Source: Candidatus Omnitrophota bacterium (GTDB lineage: Bacteria > Omnitrophota > Gorgyraeia > JABMRN01 > RBG-13-46-9). From it: a DNA stretch of 64,000 nt. The translations under genes and the position numbers were made by a program. The stretch lies in the NCBI GenBank assembly GCA_013203315.1, contig JABMQJ010000026.1, positions 1-64,000 on the forward strand, read 5' to 3'. Below the pieces are notes generated by a model. That model ran no database searches. It was given only the letters and a program-made list of their open reading frames with translations, and was not told the origin of the DNA. Below are positions 1 to 12,100 of this stretch, in pieces (within the stretch, counting starts at the first letter, position 1; each line of letters begins with the position of its first letter).

Positions 1-141
1 GCGAATATTGCAGACGCAGTTGCAAGTGATAGAACAGCACCAACACCTGCCGATACACGAACGGCAGAACAAGCTCCTCAGGCTGCACCGGCAAAAGCAG
101 ATGCGAATATTGCAGACGCAGTTGCAAGTGATAGAACAGCA
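1..141 (+). repeat. 39-bp exact direct repeat (ANIADAVASDRTA) with 102-bp period, in frame
   Basis: gcgaatattgcagacgcagttgcaagtgatagaacagca occurs at 1-39 and 103-141. Confidence 0.95.
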
Positions 142-3100
142 GCAGGACAACAACAAGCACCAGCAGATAGTGGAAGCGGAGCATCTCAAGTTACAACAGA
201 TTCTGCGGCACCAAAAGTAGGACCACAAGGAGAAGTGGGAGCGGATGGGCAAGTAGGACAGCAAGGACAACAAGCAGGACCGCAGCAAGGACAACAAGCA
301 GGACCACAGCAAGGACAACAACAAGCAGGACCAGCAGTAGGACCACAAGCACAAGGCCGACAAGGTATATTTAACCGTGCACGGAACGTGATTGGTAACG
401 CGTGGGATGCATTAGTGAGAATTGTTGGCGGAAAAGACAAAGCCGCAAAAGCAGCCGCACCTGCTGCCGCAGCGACACCTGCAGCCGCAGAAAAAACAGA
501 AACACCACAAACATTGCCCAGGCCGCCGACACCGACAGGAGAAAACTTATCAGAAAATATGCCATCGTACGGAACATTACTAGGCCCATCACCACTTAGC
601 TCGCTACCGGCAGGAGCTGTAGGAGCACCCGCATTTTCGCCGCCGGCAGAATCACCAAACCAAGCCGCAGACGTAAGCCAGGAAGCACTACCTGCAGTCG
701 GAACAGAAACACTATCAGCTGAAGAAGCCCAAAAAGCCGCTGAAATATTCGCCAAAGAAACTGAAAAAGCAGATGCTGAAGAAGTATCTGCAGTAGATAC
801 AGATGTTGCAGCTACAACTCCAGTGGAAACATCGGTAGCGCCGGCAGAAGCTGCTGCACCACAAGACCAAGCCACTGCTGAAACCACTACCACAGACGTA
901 AGCCAGGCAGTGCCTGTAGTTGAAGCGCAACAACTCTCAACCGAAGAACAACAAGCACAGACCGAAGAACAAGGTACGCTATCAGCCGAAGAAGCCCGGG
1001 AAGCTGCTGAAATATTTGCCGGTCAAGCCGGAGTAGATACTGAAGCAACATCTGCAGTAGACGCAGACGCCGCATCTGCAATCGGGCCAGAACAACTCTC
1101 AACTGAAGAAATACAGGAAGCCGCTGAAATATTCGCTGATCAAGCTGCTGAAGCAACATTTGGAGAAGCAGTCGCTGAGACAGAAGAAGCTGCAGCCGCC
1201 GCTGAAACCACAGATGCACATGCCGAAAAGACGCTTCCAGGTAGAATCGTTGCCCACTTCGTGGATTCGATAAAAGAAGACTGGAAAAAATCGCCGACAA
1301 AAACCATTGTAAAGAACATCGGACTTATAGGTATTGGTGTTGCCCTGGTAAGTGCTTTCTTCCCTGTAGTGGCAATAGGATGCGTAGGCCTGGGCGCCAT
1401 AGGCGGTATTACAGCAGGATCAACCGCAACAATACTCGGATTAATGGACTATAAGAAGCTTATATATGACTGGAAGAGCACAAAGGGCATAGCCCACAAG
1501 ATCTCGTTCCTCTCAGGAGCGGTTTTAACTACCGGATTAATCGGTGCAACAGTAGGCTTACCTTTAATTGTAAGCGTAGTTGCGATAGCGCTCGTTGCCA
1601 AATCCGTCTCTACACTTGTCGATGCCTATTTCACATTTAAAGACGGTAAGTTCAGCAAGACATCGTTTGCTCTGTCCTTTACCCTTGCATTGGTTGCATT
1701 CAGCATGCTGTTTGGAGGTATGGATGTCCTTACCAATGGCGTGAATCAGGCAACAGGTTTTGTAGACTCCGAAGGCCTGGATACAATTGTTTCTGACACA
1801 GGAGATATCTCTATCGGAGATGCCACTGTCGTTGACACAGGAGATGTCTCTCTGGAAGATACCGCAGATATTTTTGGAGAAGGTGTCCAGGATACAGCTG
1901 ATGTAGCTAATGAGATTGATTTAGATAATGAGATCAAGGGAGCCGCTGACGCTAGCAAGGCAGTAGGCGATGTTACGAAGGAAGCTATAGACAAAGCATC
2001 TCAAGTCGCCAAACGCGTGAGACCATCAAATGCTCAGAGAATAATTCGATTACTTAATGGCCCTGCCTCAAGACAGCGAATACAAAATAAAACTAAAGCA
2101 GCCATCGTGATTGGCTTCGTAGGAGCACTACTAACATCGGCTGGTATTGCAAGTACAAAAGGCCTAAGAAAATTATTCCAACGCGCCGGTGAAGATGCCG
2201 GAACACAAGCAAACGCTGCATCTGTACAAACCGACGGATCTGTAGAAAGTCTGACAAGTTTGCCAACACCTGCATCACGCACAGAAGGTGAAGATGCCGG
2301 AACACAAGCAAGCGTTGCACCTGCACAAACCGACGGACAAGCAAAATTAAAAGGTCGAGTCAAACCACAAGACCAAACAAGAGCGGAAGCTTCACCGAAA
2401 GACCCAGCTGCCCCGAAAGGCCCGGCGCATGTGGTACCTCCAATAGCCGCACCTGTAGCCGCACCTGCAGCTGCAGTAGCACCGAGAGTCGGACCTCCAG
2501 CACTGCCACCTGCCGCAGTCGCACCTGCAGCAGTAGCACCGAGAGCCCCACCTGTACCTACATTGCCACCGGTTACACCAAGCACAGAAACAGAAGAAGC
2601 GGTTGATGCAGAAGTAGTAGAAGAAGCGGTTGATGCAGAAATAATAGAATCCGCCGCGCCGACACCAAAATCACCGGCTAATAAAGCAACACGAGACGAA
2701 GCAAAACATAAGCAATTAAAGAAAGTTCTTGAAGAAGCGACAACGCTTGAAGAATATGCCATAGCTCAGCTCGAGTTGGAGAATGAAGAAATAGAAAATA
2801 TACTGGCGAACCCGCAACCGGAACACCAGGAAAGAATAGAAGATTATGAGAAAAAATTAAAAATAAACAAAAAGGTAATAAACCTCCTCAAAAAAGACGT
2901 AAGGGCTAAAAAAATATTTACAAAAGAAGGATATAGGAGCCTGAAAGAAAAATTTGAGGAGTTGAAGGCAACTAGGCTATATAAAGAAGCGCTGAAAACT
3001 ATAGGCGACATAGATAGAGAGTTAGAAGAAAAGGAAGATAAGTTAAAAGACTTAAGGAAAAATCTGGAGGAACAGAAAGAGAGGTTGGGTAAACTAGCCA

Positions 3101-6100
3101 AAAGTGAAAGTCCGGAATATAGGGAAAGCATCGAAACCGGAATATCCAATCTGGAACAAAAGATAGAGAAACTTGAAAAAGAGAAAACAAAACTAGAAGC
3201 CAAAAAAGCAAAACCGCAGAGGATTATACGTAATTATAAAAATCAGGAAAGACTCAAAGCAGCGCGCCTTATCGGAAAGAAAAAGACCGCGCGGAATGCA
3301 ATAGGCGACAGGATTAAGCTCAGCGTAAGAGACGGTTGGCTGGGTAGCTTGATAGATTGGGTGGAGAGACGTGTTTTAGGCAAGAAAGTAAGGGGCGGCA
3401 AGAAGGTAAGGGGCTGGTTGATTGATAAATTTACTAAGTGGACCGGGCAGTGGAAAGGTAAAGAGCTAGATAAGGTAAGGAAGGGTCTTAAAGATTCAGA
3501 GAAGCCATGCCTTGCGGAACTTATTATGAACTGGCTCACGTTTAAGGTTTTCAATAAGGAAATCAAGAAACTCGATGCCGAAGGCCACAAGGCCGTGCAA
3601 GAAGTCAGAGAGCGATTTATGTCAAGCATGGAGACGGAGCTGGGAGATATAGAAGACATAAAAGCCAAAACCGGTACTGTGATAGGCGATGTTGATAAAC
3701 GAATAAACGCAATAAACGAGAGAATTGCGAAATTAGAAAAAATGAAAGATTCTGTAGGCGCAGAGGAACTAAAAGCAATAGAAAAACAAATCGAAGAACT
3801 GGAAGAGATGCGGAAAACTGCGAATACGCTCACGGGAAAACTGCAAGACCTACCGGGCGACCTTGGACAGGCGAGGCTCGTGGTTATTTCAGCCGAAGCC
3901 TTCGCATCATTGAGCGAAAAATACTTAAATACCAGCCAGGAACTTATGGAGATGGAGGCACAATTAAAGGTTACCGAAAACGGTGAAAGAAGAGATGAGC
4001 TGCAGGGAGAAATTGCGGACAAAAAAAGTGCTATTGACGGCATTTCTACGGGCATAGAAACAGTTTCAAGCCAGGCAGAGAAAGCAGAGATATCAGCGCA
4101 GAAACTTCTTACAATGACTGTTCTGGCAAATACGAAAAAGGGAGAAAAGGTTTTTAATGAATATGTGCAACAAAAACATGAAGGTTTGGAAAAGAAATAC
4201 AAGAAATCGCATGACCTTAACGCAATAAGGGCTGAAGCCTTCGCGATTGCGGGATTATGCATTTTAGCAGAAGAAGGATTTCCAAGCACGAGGATGGAAC
4301 ACCTGGGCGCAGCCTTATTCATGACCAGCGGCAATGTAATCGCGGAATTAAAGACGGGTGAAGGTAAAACAACAGTGGCGCGTTTTGTGCAATATCTCGA
4401 TTCCTTCAGAGGCCCCGGCAGGACAATAGTTCTTCAGCCCACAGAACTCTTTGCCATACGAGACGGTTCGGGTTCAGGCCGCATATTTGCGAGGCTCGGA
4501 CGAACCGTTGGCGTGGTTAAGCAAGAGATGACCGAAGAAGAGAGAAAAGCGGCCTATAAGTGCGATGTTGTGTACATCTCCGCGCAACAGTTCGCCTTCG
4601 ATGTATTACACGACTTATTCCAAATAAGCGAGGAGCAATTGGCAAACGGCGGCGGATATTTAAACACAGGAGCCAAGACCAAAAAAGAATATCTCGAGGT
4701 ATTGAGGGAAGAATTTGCAGGCATAGCTGATGAGGTGGATAGTATATTAATAGACCAGGCCGCAACCAAGTACATAATGTCGTTAGGAAAAGGTAAAGCG
4801 GTTACCGAGGAAAGGGCAAAAGAAATACAATTACTGCTTGATATCGCGAAAAAACTTAATACCGGCGAACAAAAGGTTAAGATATTGACGGAAGAAGAAG
4901 CAAAAGCGCAAGGCCTGGAAGATGGCGCCAAGCCCAAAGCCACCGGATACGCGTATGTCGTCGATAGACACCATAGGAGTGTTACAAGAGGAGGAATGCT
5001 GGAAGGAGAAGGCTTAAGAAAAGAGCTTATGGAGCATAAAGATGCCTTCACGGAGGCAGGAATTGATATTGAGAATGCCACAGATGAAGAAATCGAGAAA
5101 CTTGGTAAGCAGCTGGATAAAGCGGTTGAAGCGGAACATTTATTCAATCATAACTCTGACTACGTAGTGCAGGTTGATCCTACCACAAACGATGTCGGCA
5201 TAATCTTGGTCGCGCATGAAACAGGCGTTAGCCAGTTCGGCCAGAGACTGCACGAAGGATTACACGCATTCCTGGAGGCAAAAGAAGGCTTGACCATACA
5301 CGAAGACGTCCCGACAGAAAGCTCCGCGACAGCGGCTACGATTTTCGGTCTTCTAGGTCACTTCTCGGGTATGACCGGTACAGCCACGCAGGGCAGGGCC
5401 ATGGACTTCTTCGCTAAAACCTACGGGCTCAAGGTGAAGGTTGTACCTTCACACGTGCCTTCGAGAAGAACGGATATTCCGATGAGGATCGTTAGTGACG
5501 ATATGTATATAGAGGAATTCCTTAAAGATATAATGGAATCAGCGAAAATAGGAGCACCGGTACTTGTTCCGGCTGACGACATTAGATGGGCAGAGGTCTT
5601 GCACGCGGCAACCAATGCCTATACTAAAGCCACAGTAGCGGCGGCCAGACCCGGTGACAAAGAAGCGCAAAAAGCCTATGAAGAGGCCAGAAAAGAATTC
5701 GAAAACAAACACAGGGATTATACCAACGGCGAGAATGCCGAGAGTGCGCTTAATTTCCTCGATGAAATTTCAAAGGGTAACATAGAAGCTACACCGGTTA
5801 ATTTGCAAGTTCAGTTTGACGCGAAATCAGGCAGTGATTTTGAATATCAGCAGGTTATCGTTGGCGGCGGCGGATACGCCTGTACCGTAACCATTGCCAC
5901 TAACATAGCCGGTAGGGGGACTGACGTAAAGATAAAGGGTAAAGCTAAGGCCCTCGGTCTTAATGTAGTCATTCCGAACGTTGTTAATTCCGCAAGGATA
6001 GAAGGCCAGAACAGGGGTAGGGCCGGCAGACAAGGAGCAGCAGGCACGTCAAGTCAGCTTGTTTCCGCAAGCCAATATAGAGAATTCATAGAAAGCGCCT

Positions 6101-9100
6101 TTAAGGGCGTTGATGAGACGCTCATGAAGAAAGCGTTACAGGTAGATTTCTCTAGCGAACAGGGGCAAAAAGCGGCAAGGCGTTATATAAAAATGGCCCA
6201 GAGTGAAACGGAAAGAAGAAATCTGGAAAGCATAACCAGCCAAGCTGAGCAGGACAAGGTAGAGTTTACCGCGCAACTTGCGATGAGGGCACTACGAGAT
6301 AAGGTTGAATCGAGCGAAGTGGAACTCGATTCGGCAGCACAGAAATTTATATCGGAAGGGATTTCAGATTTGATGAAAGATTGCACCAATGACGATGGCT
6401 CTATTAATGTCGAGAAACTTGCAAGAGAACTGAAAGACAGGTTTGGGATAGATTTACACGGCGACACATCTCAATTAGACGAGCTTAAATCCCCGCAGGA
6501 AATCGAAGACTTTGTAATGTATCTTGTGCATGAGCACGTGGTAAAAGCGACAAGGAATAACAATATTTCCCATGTCCTCGGTGACATGATGGAGGATTTC
6601 CAGGAAGCTGTGCGCAATGCCGTTGATGAAAAGACAGGCCAGTATGACGCTAAGAAATTCGCTAAACTGGTAGGAGAAGCGCATGCCAAGGCCATGATCG
6701 CAACAGGCAGAGCGGTTGAGACTCCGTTAACAGAGGACTCTATTAAAGAATTCATAGAGGACCAAAAAGAACAGGCCGAAATTCAGGAAACAGAGGAAGC
6801 GAAGAAGAATGAGATTGTGCTTGACGGCGAAGCACGAAGAATTAGTAAGGCAGTCAAGAATGTCGAAGCAAACGGAACGAAATTTACGGCAGGCGCATTT
6901 GTCGGATTGCTCGACGTAGCAGCCGATATATATGTTACCGATAACGGCAGGATAGCGGTTGTTAATGACGTTGTGGTTGCCTCAAGCGATAGCAAGATAG
7001 CGGTAGGCAGCATATATTCACAAATTGAAACCACAGATGCAAGCAAAACATACGAGCACCAGGGGCAATCAAAGCTCGAGGCGAAAATACTGGACCTTGG
7101 AACAGGGGAAAGAATCACCATAGTTTACGGAATTGTCGTGGAAACGCGAGCTGATGGAATAGAGATAGGCAATAAGGTTACTTATGATGAAGTCATAGGT
7201 GATGTAGGCGGTAAAGCCGCTGTGGAAAAATACCATCGCGATCAGGAAGCAAGGGCTCTAAGCGGAAGTCAGACAGCGGGAACAGGTGAAGCAACTGCAG
7301 AAGGAGCCAGCGTTTCGACCCATAGGGCACCGGCCGGAAAGGGTGTAGTCGTGCATTACGTGGCACGGGCTTCGCAAGCCGGTTCCAGAGTAGATATCGG
7401 CCGGGCAATGAGAGATTTCAAAGCGAAGAAGGTGCGCGAGGCAGAGAAGGCAGCCGCTTCCGAAATTTCTTTAGAGGCTATAGCCGAAGAAGAATATACT
7501 CCTCAGTTTGATGTTGGAAATGACATTGACGTTGATTTAGACGATTCTGACGGTGAAACTGTCCAACCGGTCATGGTAGAAGCTGAAGATGCACCGAGCA
7601 ACTTAGATATTATCCAGGCATTAAGCGAAGCCAGAACCGAAGATACCCATCAAAAGTCGATTTGCGTTGTGCTGCCGCCGGACGATGACGACAAAGAACA
7701 AATATTGAGAAGCCCTGAACTTTCAAACGCATTAAGAAATCGGAACTTACAAGAAGGCGAAACGCTTGTGGTAACCGGTTATGTAAGCGATGAAGGAGAA
7801 GTTAAAATTACTACATATCAGCTTTCCGCTGAGATTGCGGAATATTTGATTAGCGAATACAGAAGTGCCCAAGAGAGCGGAGTAGTCGCCGGTAGCGAAA
7901 GAGCAGCCCTTGAAGAGATATTTGACAGGGTGTTCTCACCGACGACCGGCACGACAGAAATCGCCGGACATGTCATAGCGACGTTGGAAAAAGACGGAAA
8001 AAGGGCCGTCATTGACCTCGGCAAAAAAGACGAGGTTAATCCACTTGTCATTAAACAGATAAATCTCGCGGGAGACCAAAGACAAGCGCAGGTAGACGCT
8101 ATAATGAGCGGAAAATCTTCCGAAGATATTCACGCGCCCGAGGTTATCGAGGTTAATGGTAGATTAATTATAAAGGTAGGGGATGTATCAATCCATAAAA
8201 ACGCAAAGCTTGAAGACGGTGTGGTGGTGTGGGATTCGCTTATTGCGGACAATTCCGAGATCGGAAGAGGGGCGCTAGTGAGAAATTCTACATTACCGAA
8301 GGTGCCCGTTATCCTCGAACCGCATAGCGCAATCGACGGTATAAACGATGAAATTGTTATAGGCATGGACAGGGTTAGAGTAAATACCGGAGAGGCTCTC
8401 TCGGGAAGATTTAGAATGGAAAACGGCAAGGCCGTACAAATCCGAGAGACAGTCGACGTTAAAGAAAGATATGAATTAGAAGCAGCAAGTATTACCAAAG
8501 TCACGGCGATAAGTCGAATAAAGGAACATATACCCACATTTGTTAAAAATGGTTATCGCAGCTTCTTAAAATGGTCTTTCAAGCATATGCCGACATTTAC
8601 TAAATTAGGATTTGGATTATGGAACATAGTAAGTTGGCCTGTGAAGAAACTATATAAGGCAGCTAGCAAGTTATTAGATAGAAATGCCAAAAAGATTAAG
8701 GCGGCGGAAGAAGATTCCGCAAAAGTGCGAAAAGCAAACCTTGCATTGGGGGATCTCTTATTTGATGAAGGACCTATACAAAATTTAGATATATCAAAGA
8801 GTGAAGACCTGAGAGGGAAGGCCAGAGACCTCAGGCTTGCCGTAGCCGAAGATCCGGAGGACATAATTATAGTAGAAACTGTCCCGGACGTTGGGGACGC
8901 GGAAATTAAAGAGCCAAACACCGTAAGAAAAGACGAACTAGAAAAGGCGCTTAAACTTGCCAGGGCGGCTGTTGCTCTCGACCCGGACAACGTCGAAGCG
9001 AAGAAAGAGCAGGCTGTCATATTGCATTTACTGGGCAAGGGTAAAGAGGCAAAAGAAGTTGCCGAGGAAGCTTTAAAACATAAATCCGCCAGAGGAGATA

Positions 9101-12100
9101 TTGAGTTTGTAAAGCATGCTGCCAGGATAGCGGAGACGCAAGGCGACCACGACCTGACTATTAAGACGTGTCGCTCGCTTATAAAACTTGTTCCTGAAAA
9201 AGAAAAAGCTAAATTGCGTACAAGGCTAGCAGAAGCCCTCGCGAAGAAAAAAGAAGCGGTGGATAAGGAAAAAGAAGGTAAAAAAGAGACGTGGGTAAAT
9301 AAGGTCATCCCTGTCATAAAGAACCTCTTAGGATTCCATTATCTCAAGACGCACTCCAAACCAAGGGCCTATTCCGCGATCGCAGTGCGTTCAGTGTTTG
9401 CTGTGCTACTTATTGTCTTGGCCGCCAAATGTTTAATACCGGTTGTTAGTGGAATTAGTTTGATGAAGACGGGAATGGTTATGGCCCAGGTCATCATGAT
9501 TATTAACAAGATGCGATCCAAAGACAAGAAAGCTCCGGGAGACAAGAAAGCTCCGGGCGTTGGGATAGGTAAGCGATTACTCGGTTCGCTTACCGGCGCG
9601 GACAAGAAAGATGCCTCTAAGCTGGAATACAGAAGTCAGCGCTTTAATAACAAAGCGATTAAAGTTACACGTGCATTAGGAGCGATTTGGCTTATAGGAC
9701 TTTCTTTCTATCTCGGTGATTATAGCGGCGGTACATGGAGCGGTATATGGAGTGCATTGAAGACCAGCACTATGCCGGCTGTAATGCTCAATCTCGGGCT
9801 AAGCCTACTCAATTCAATAAATACCAATATACCGAGTTGGTATAGAGCAACGAGGAAGTGGAATTCGGAGAGAAACCTTGACAAGAAAGCAATTGCGCAA
9901 CTTGAGAAAAACTTTAATGAAGAAGGCATAAGCACAGTAGAAAAAGCAAATAGATATGCAGCACTCGCCATGCTGGATGAAGCAAGGCGCGATGAGCTCA
10001 TTACCGAGATGGAAGATGAAGGCATGGAACAAGCATTGCAGAATATGCTCATACAGCCTGATAGCCCTGACGCTGCAACGCAGAAAGCGATTGATAGTGA
10101 AAAGGAAGAAGCGTTAGGAGCACTTATTGAACTTGCGAAGTTATATCACAAAGCCGGCGAGACTGACGGTGCTATAGACACTTTGCTTATTGCCATTGAC
10201 AGAGCTAAAAACAAAGTTAAAGACGACAAAGGCAAAGTAGCTATTAGAATGGCGCTGGCCGACATCTATCTGGAAAAGAAAGATTATTCCGGGGCCTTAA
10301 AGCAGCTTGAGTTGGCAAGAAATATGGATCCACAAAATGCCGAAATATTCAAGAAAATGATAGAGGCCCATCAAGGCCTGGGCGAGAATGAAAAGGTTAT
10401 ATCCTTATTAGAAGACGCCCTCAGGAAAGATATAACGAATGCAGAAATATTAGGTCTCTTGCAGGATGCCTATATCAAATCCGGCAGGGTCGCGGATGCA
10501 GCAAAAGTAGTAACGCAAGCCTTACAGGTAGAGCCAAAAGACGAAGACTTATTGCCGCTACTTGAAAAGGTGAAAGACGCAATAAAAGAAAGATCACTGG
10601 AAGCGCCGGAAGATATCGAAGATGCAAAAGGCGCCTGCGAAGCATTATTGACAGTGATAAAACAAGCGGATAACATTAAACCGGCCCAAAAGTCTCTGGA
10701 TATAGCACTTGATCTGGTAGACGAGGAAGGCATGGACAAGGTATTGAGATTCGAAGATATCCTATCAGCCATTGTGGATAGCGAGGGATTAGATTTCTAT
10801 CAAAAAGCAGTCCTTGTAAGAAGAGTCGTTGACAGGATAAATGGCCGCGACGGCATTATAAATGAAGAAGAGGTCGGGCGCCTGATAGCAGCATTCGATA
10901 ATACTTTAGGCCAGGCGAAGAATCTAAGGATAAAAGCTGCCCTGGAAATGGGCCTTGCAATAATAAACATGAAGCGCGATGAAGCGCATCTTGAAGATGG
11001 CCAGAAGAAAGCGCTTATCCATATTGAAAATGCAAAAGGTTATTTGAGGAAGGCTTCGGTTTCGGAAGACAGCCTGGAGAAACTCTATGAGCTGGAGGCA
11101 GAAGCGCGTTCAATCACGCAGCATATGGTAATAGGTGATGGCCTGGAGAGAAAAGGCGAATACGCTAAAGCGAAACAGCATTATGAAGAAGTGCTTAAAG
11201 TTGGTTCTGACAGCTGGAAAGCAAAAGCCCATGTCAAACTGGGCGGAATAGCGATGAGAGAAGAAGATTACAAAGGTGCCACCGGACATTACGAGGAAGC
11301 TATCAAGCTTAACCCAGCGCTTCGTGAGGGCTTAAGAGTACCTCTCTTTGAGGCTTGCGCGAAGATAGGAGACGCTACGAAAGCGATCGAGACGTATAAA
11401 GAGATGAATCCAGATCAAAAAGCAAGTCTCTCCGATGATGATGCTAAGGACAAGATGGCCGGATTGCTTAGAGCGAAGATGAAAGGACAGGATAGCCTGA
11501 TTGAAAGCCAAGATGAAGCATTTGAAGACGACCGCTCCAGGCAGGCACAAAATGCATTATACAATTCCTTAGATAAGGCCATTTCCCTGCAGAAAATGCT
11601 TCTGGAACTTTGCCCGGATGACAGCGTAGCTAAAGGTAGAATGGCTGAACTCGAGCAAAAATTAGAAGTAATAACAAGTGCCAGACAAAAGAGAATAAAT
11701 GCCATTCATCCTATTATAAGCGGACTGGAAGGTAAGAAAGCGGAAAGTGATAGGGATGGAGCTATATATATAGGTAAGGAGCTCATATCCCGCTATTCAG
11801 AACTCCTGGCCCTGGAAACTGACAAGGGCGAAAGGGCGAAGGTATATGCCGCGCTTATCGCTATCTATTTCGAACAGGGTAACGTAAGACAGGCAGTGGA
11901 TTATCATAAAAAAGCAACGGCTGAAGGCCTTACCTTCGAACCTGCCCGACAAAAACTTGTCGATGCGGCAAGAGACTCTGCTATCGAAGAAGCAGAAGCA
12001 ATACGTTACTCAACAAGTGCCGGTAAATTGGAAAGAGCCAACGCTGCGTTAAGACTTGGAACATTATATGGACTACGCGGTGACACAGAAGAAGCCAAGA

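Noticed and set aside
8-220. 70-aa ORF in frame 2, and the start of the giant gene at GTG 235
   Set aside because: Frame 1 is open across this region and continues the Ala/Pro/Gln-rich giant protein. The small ORF is an off-frame shadow, and 235 is only the first start-like codon in the window.
4200-6250. Housekeeping secA joined to neighbours by a missed stop
   Set aside because: The motifs are diverged, with large insertions and no recognisable SecA N- or C-terminal ends, and the frame is continuous on both sides. No secA symbol was assigned.
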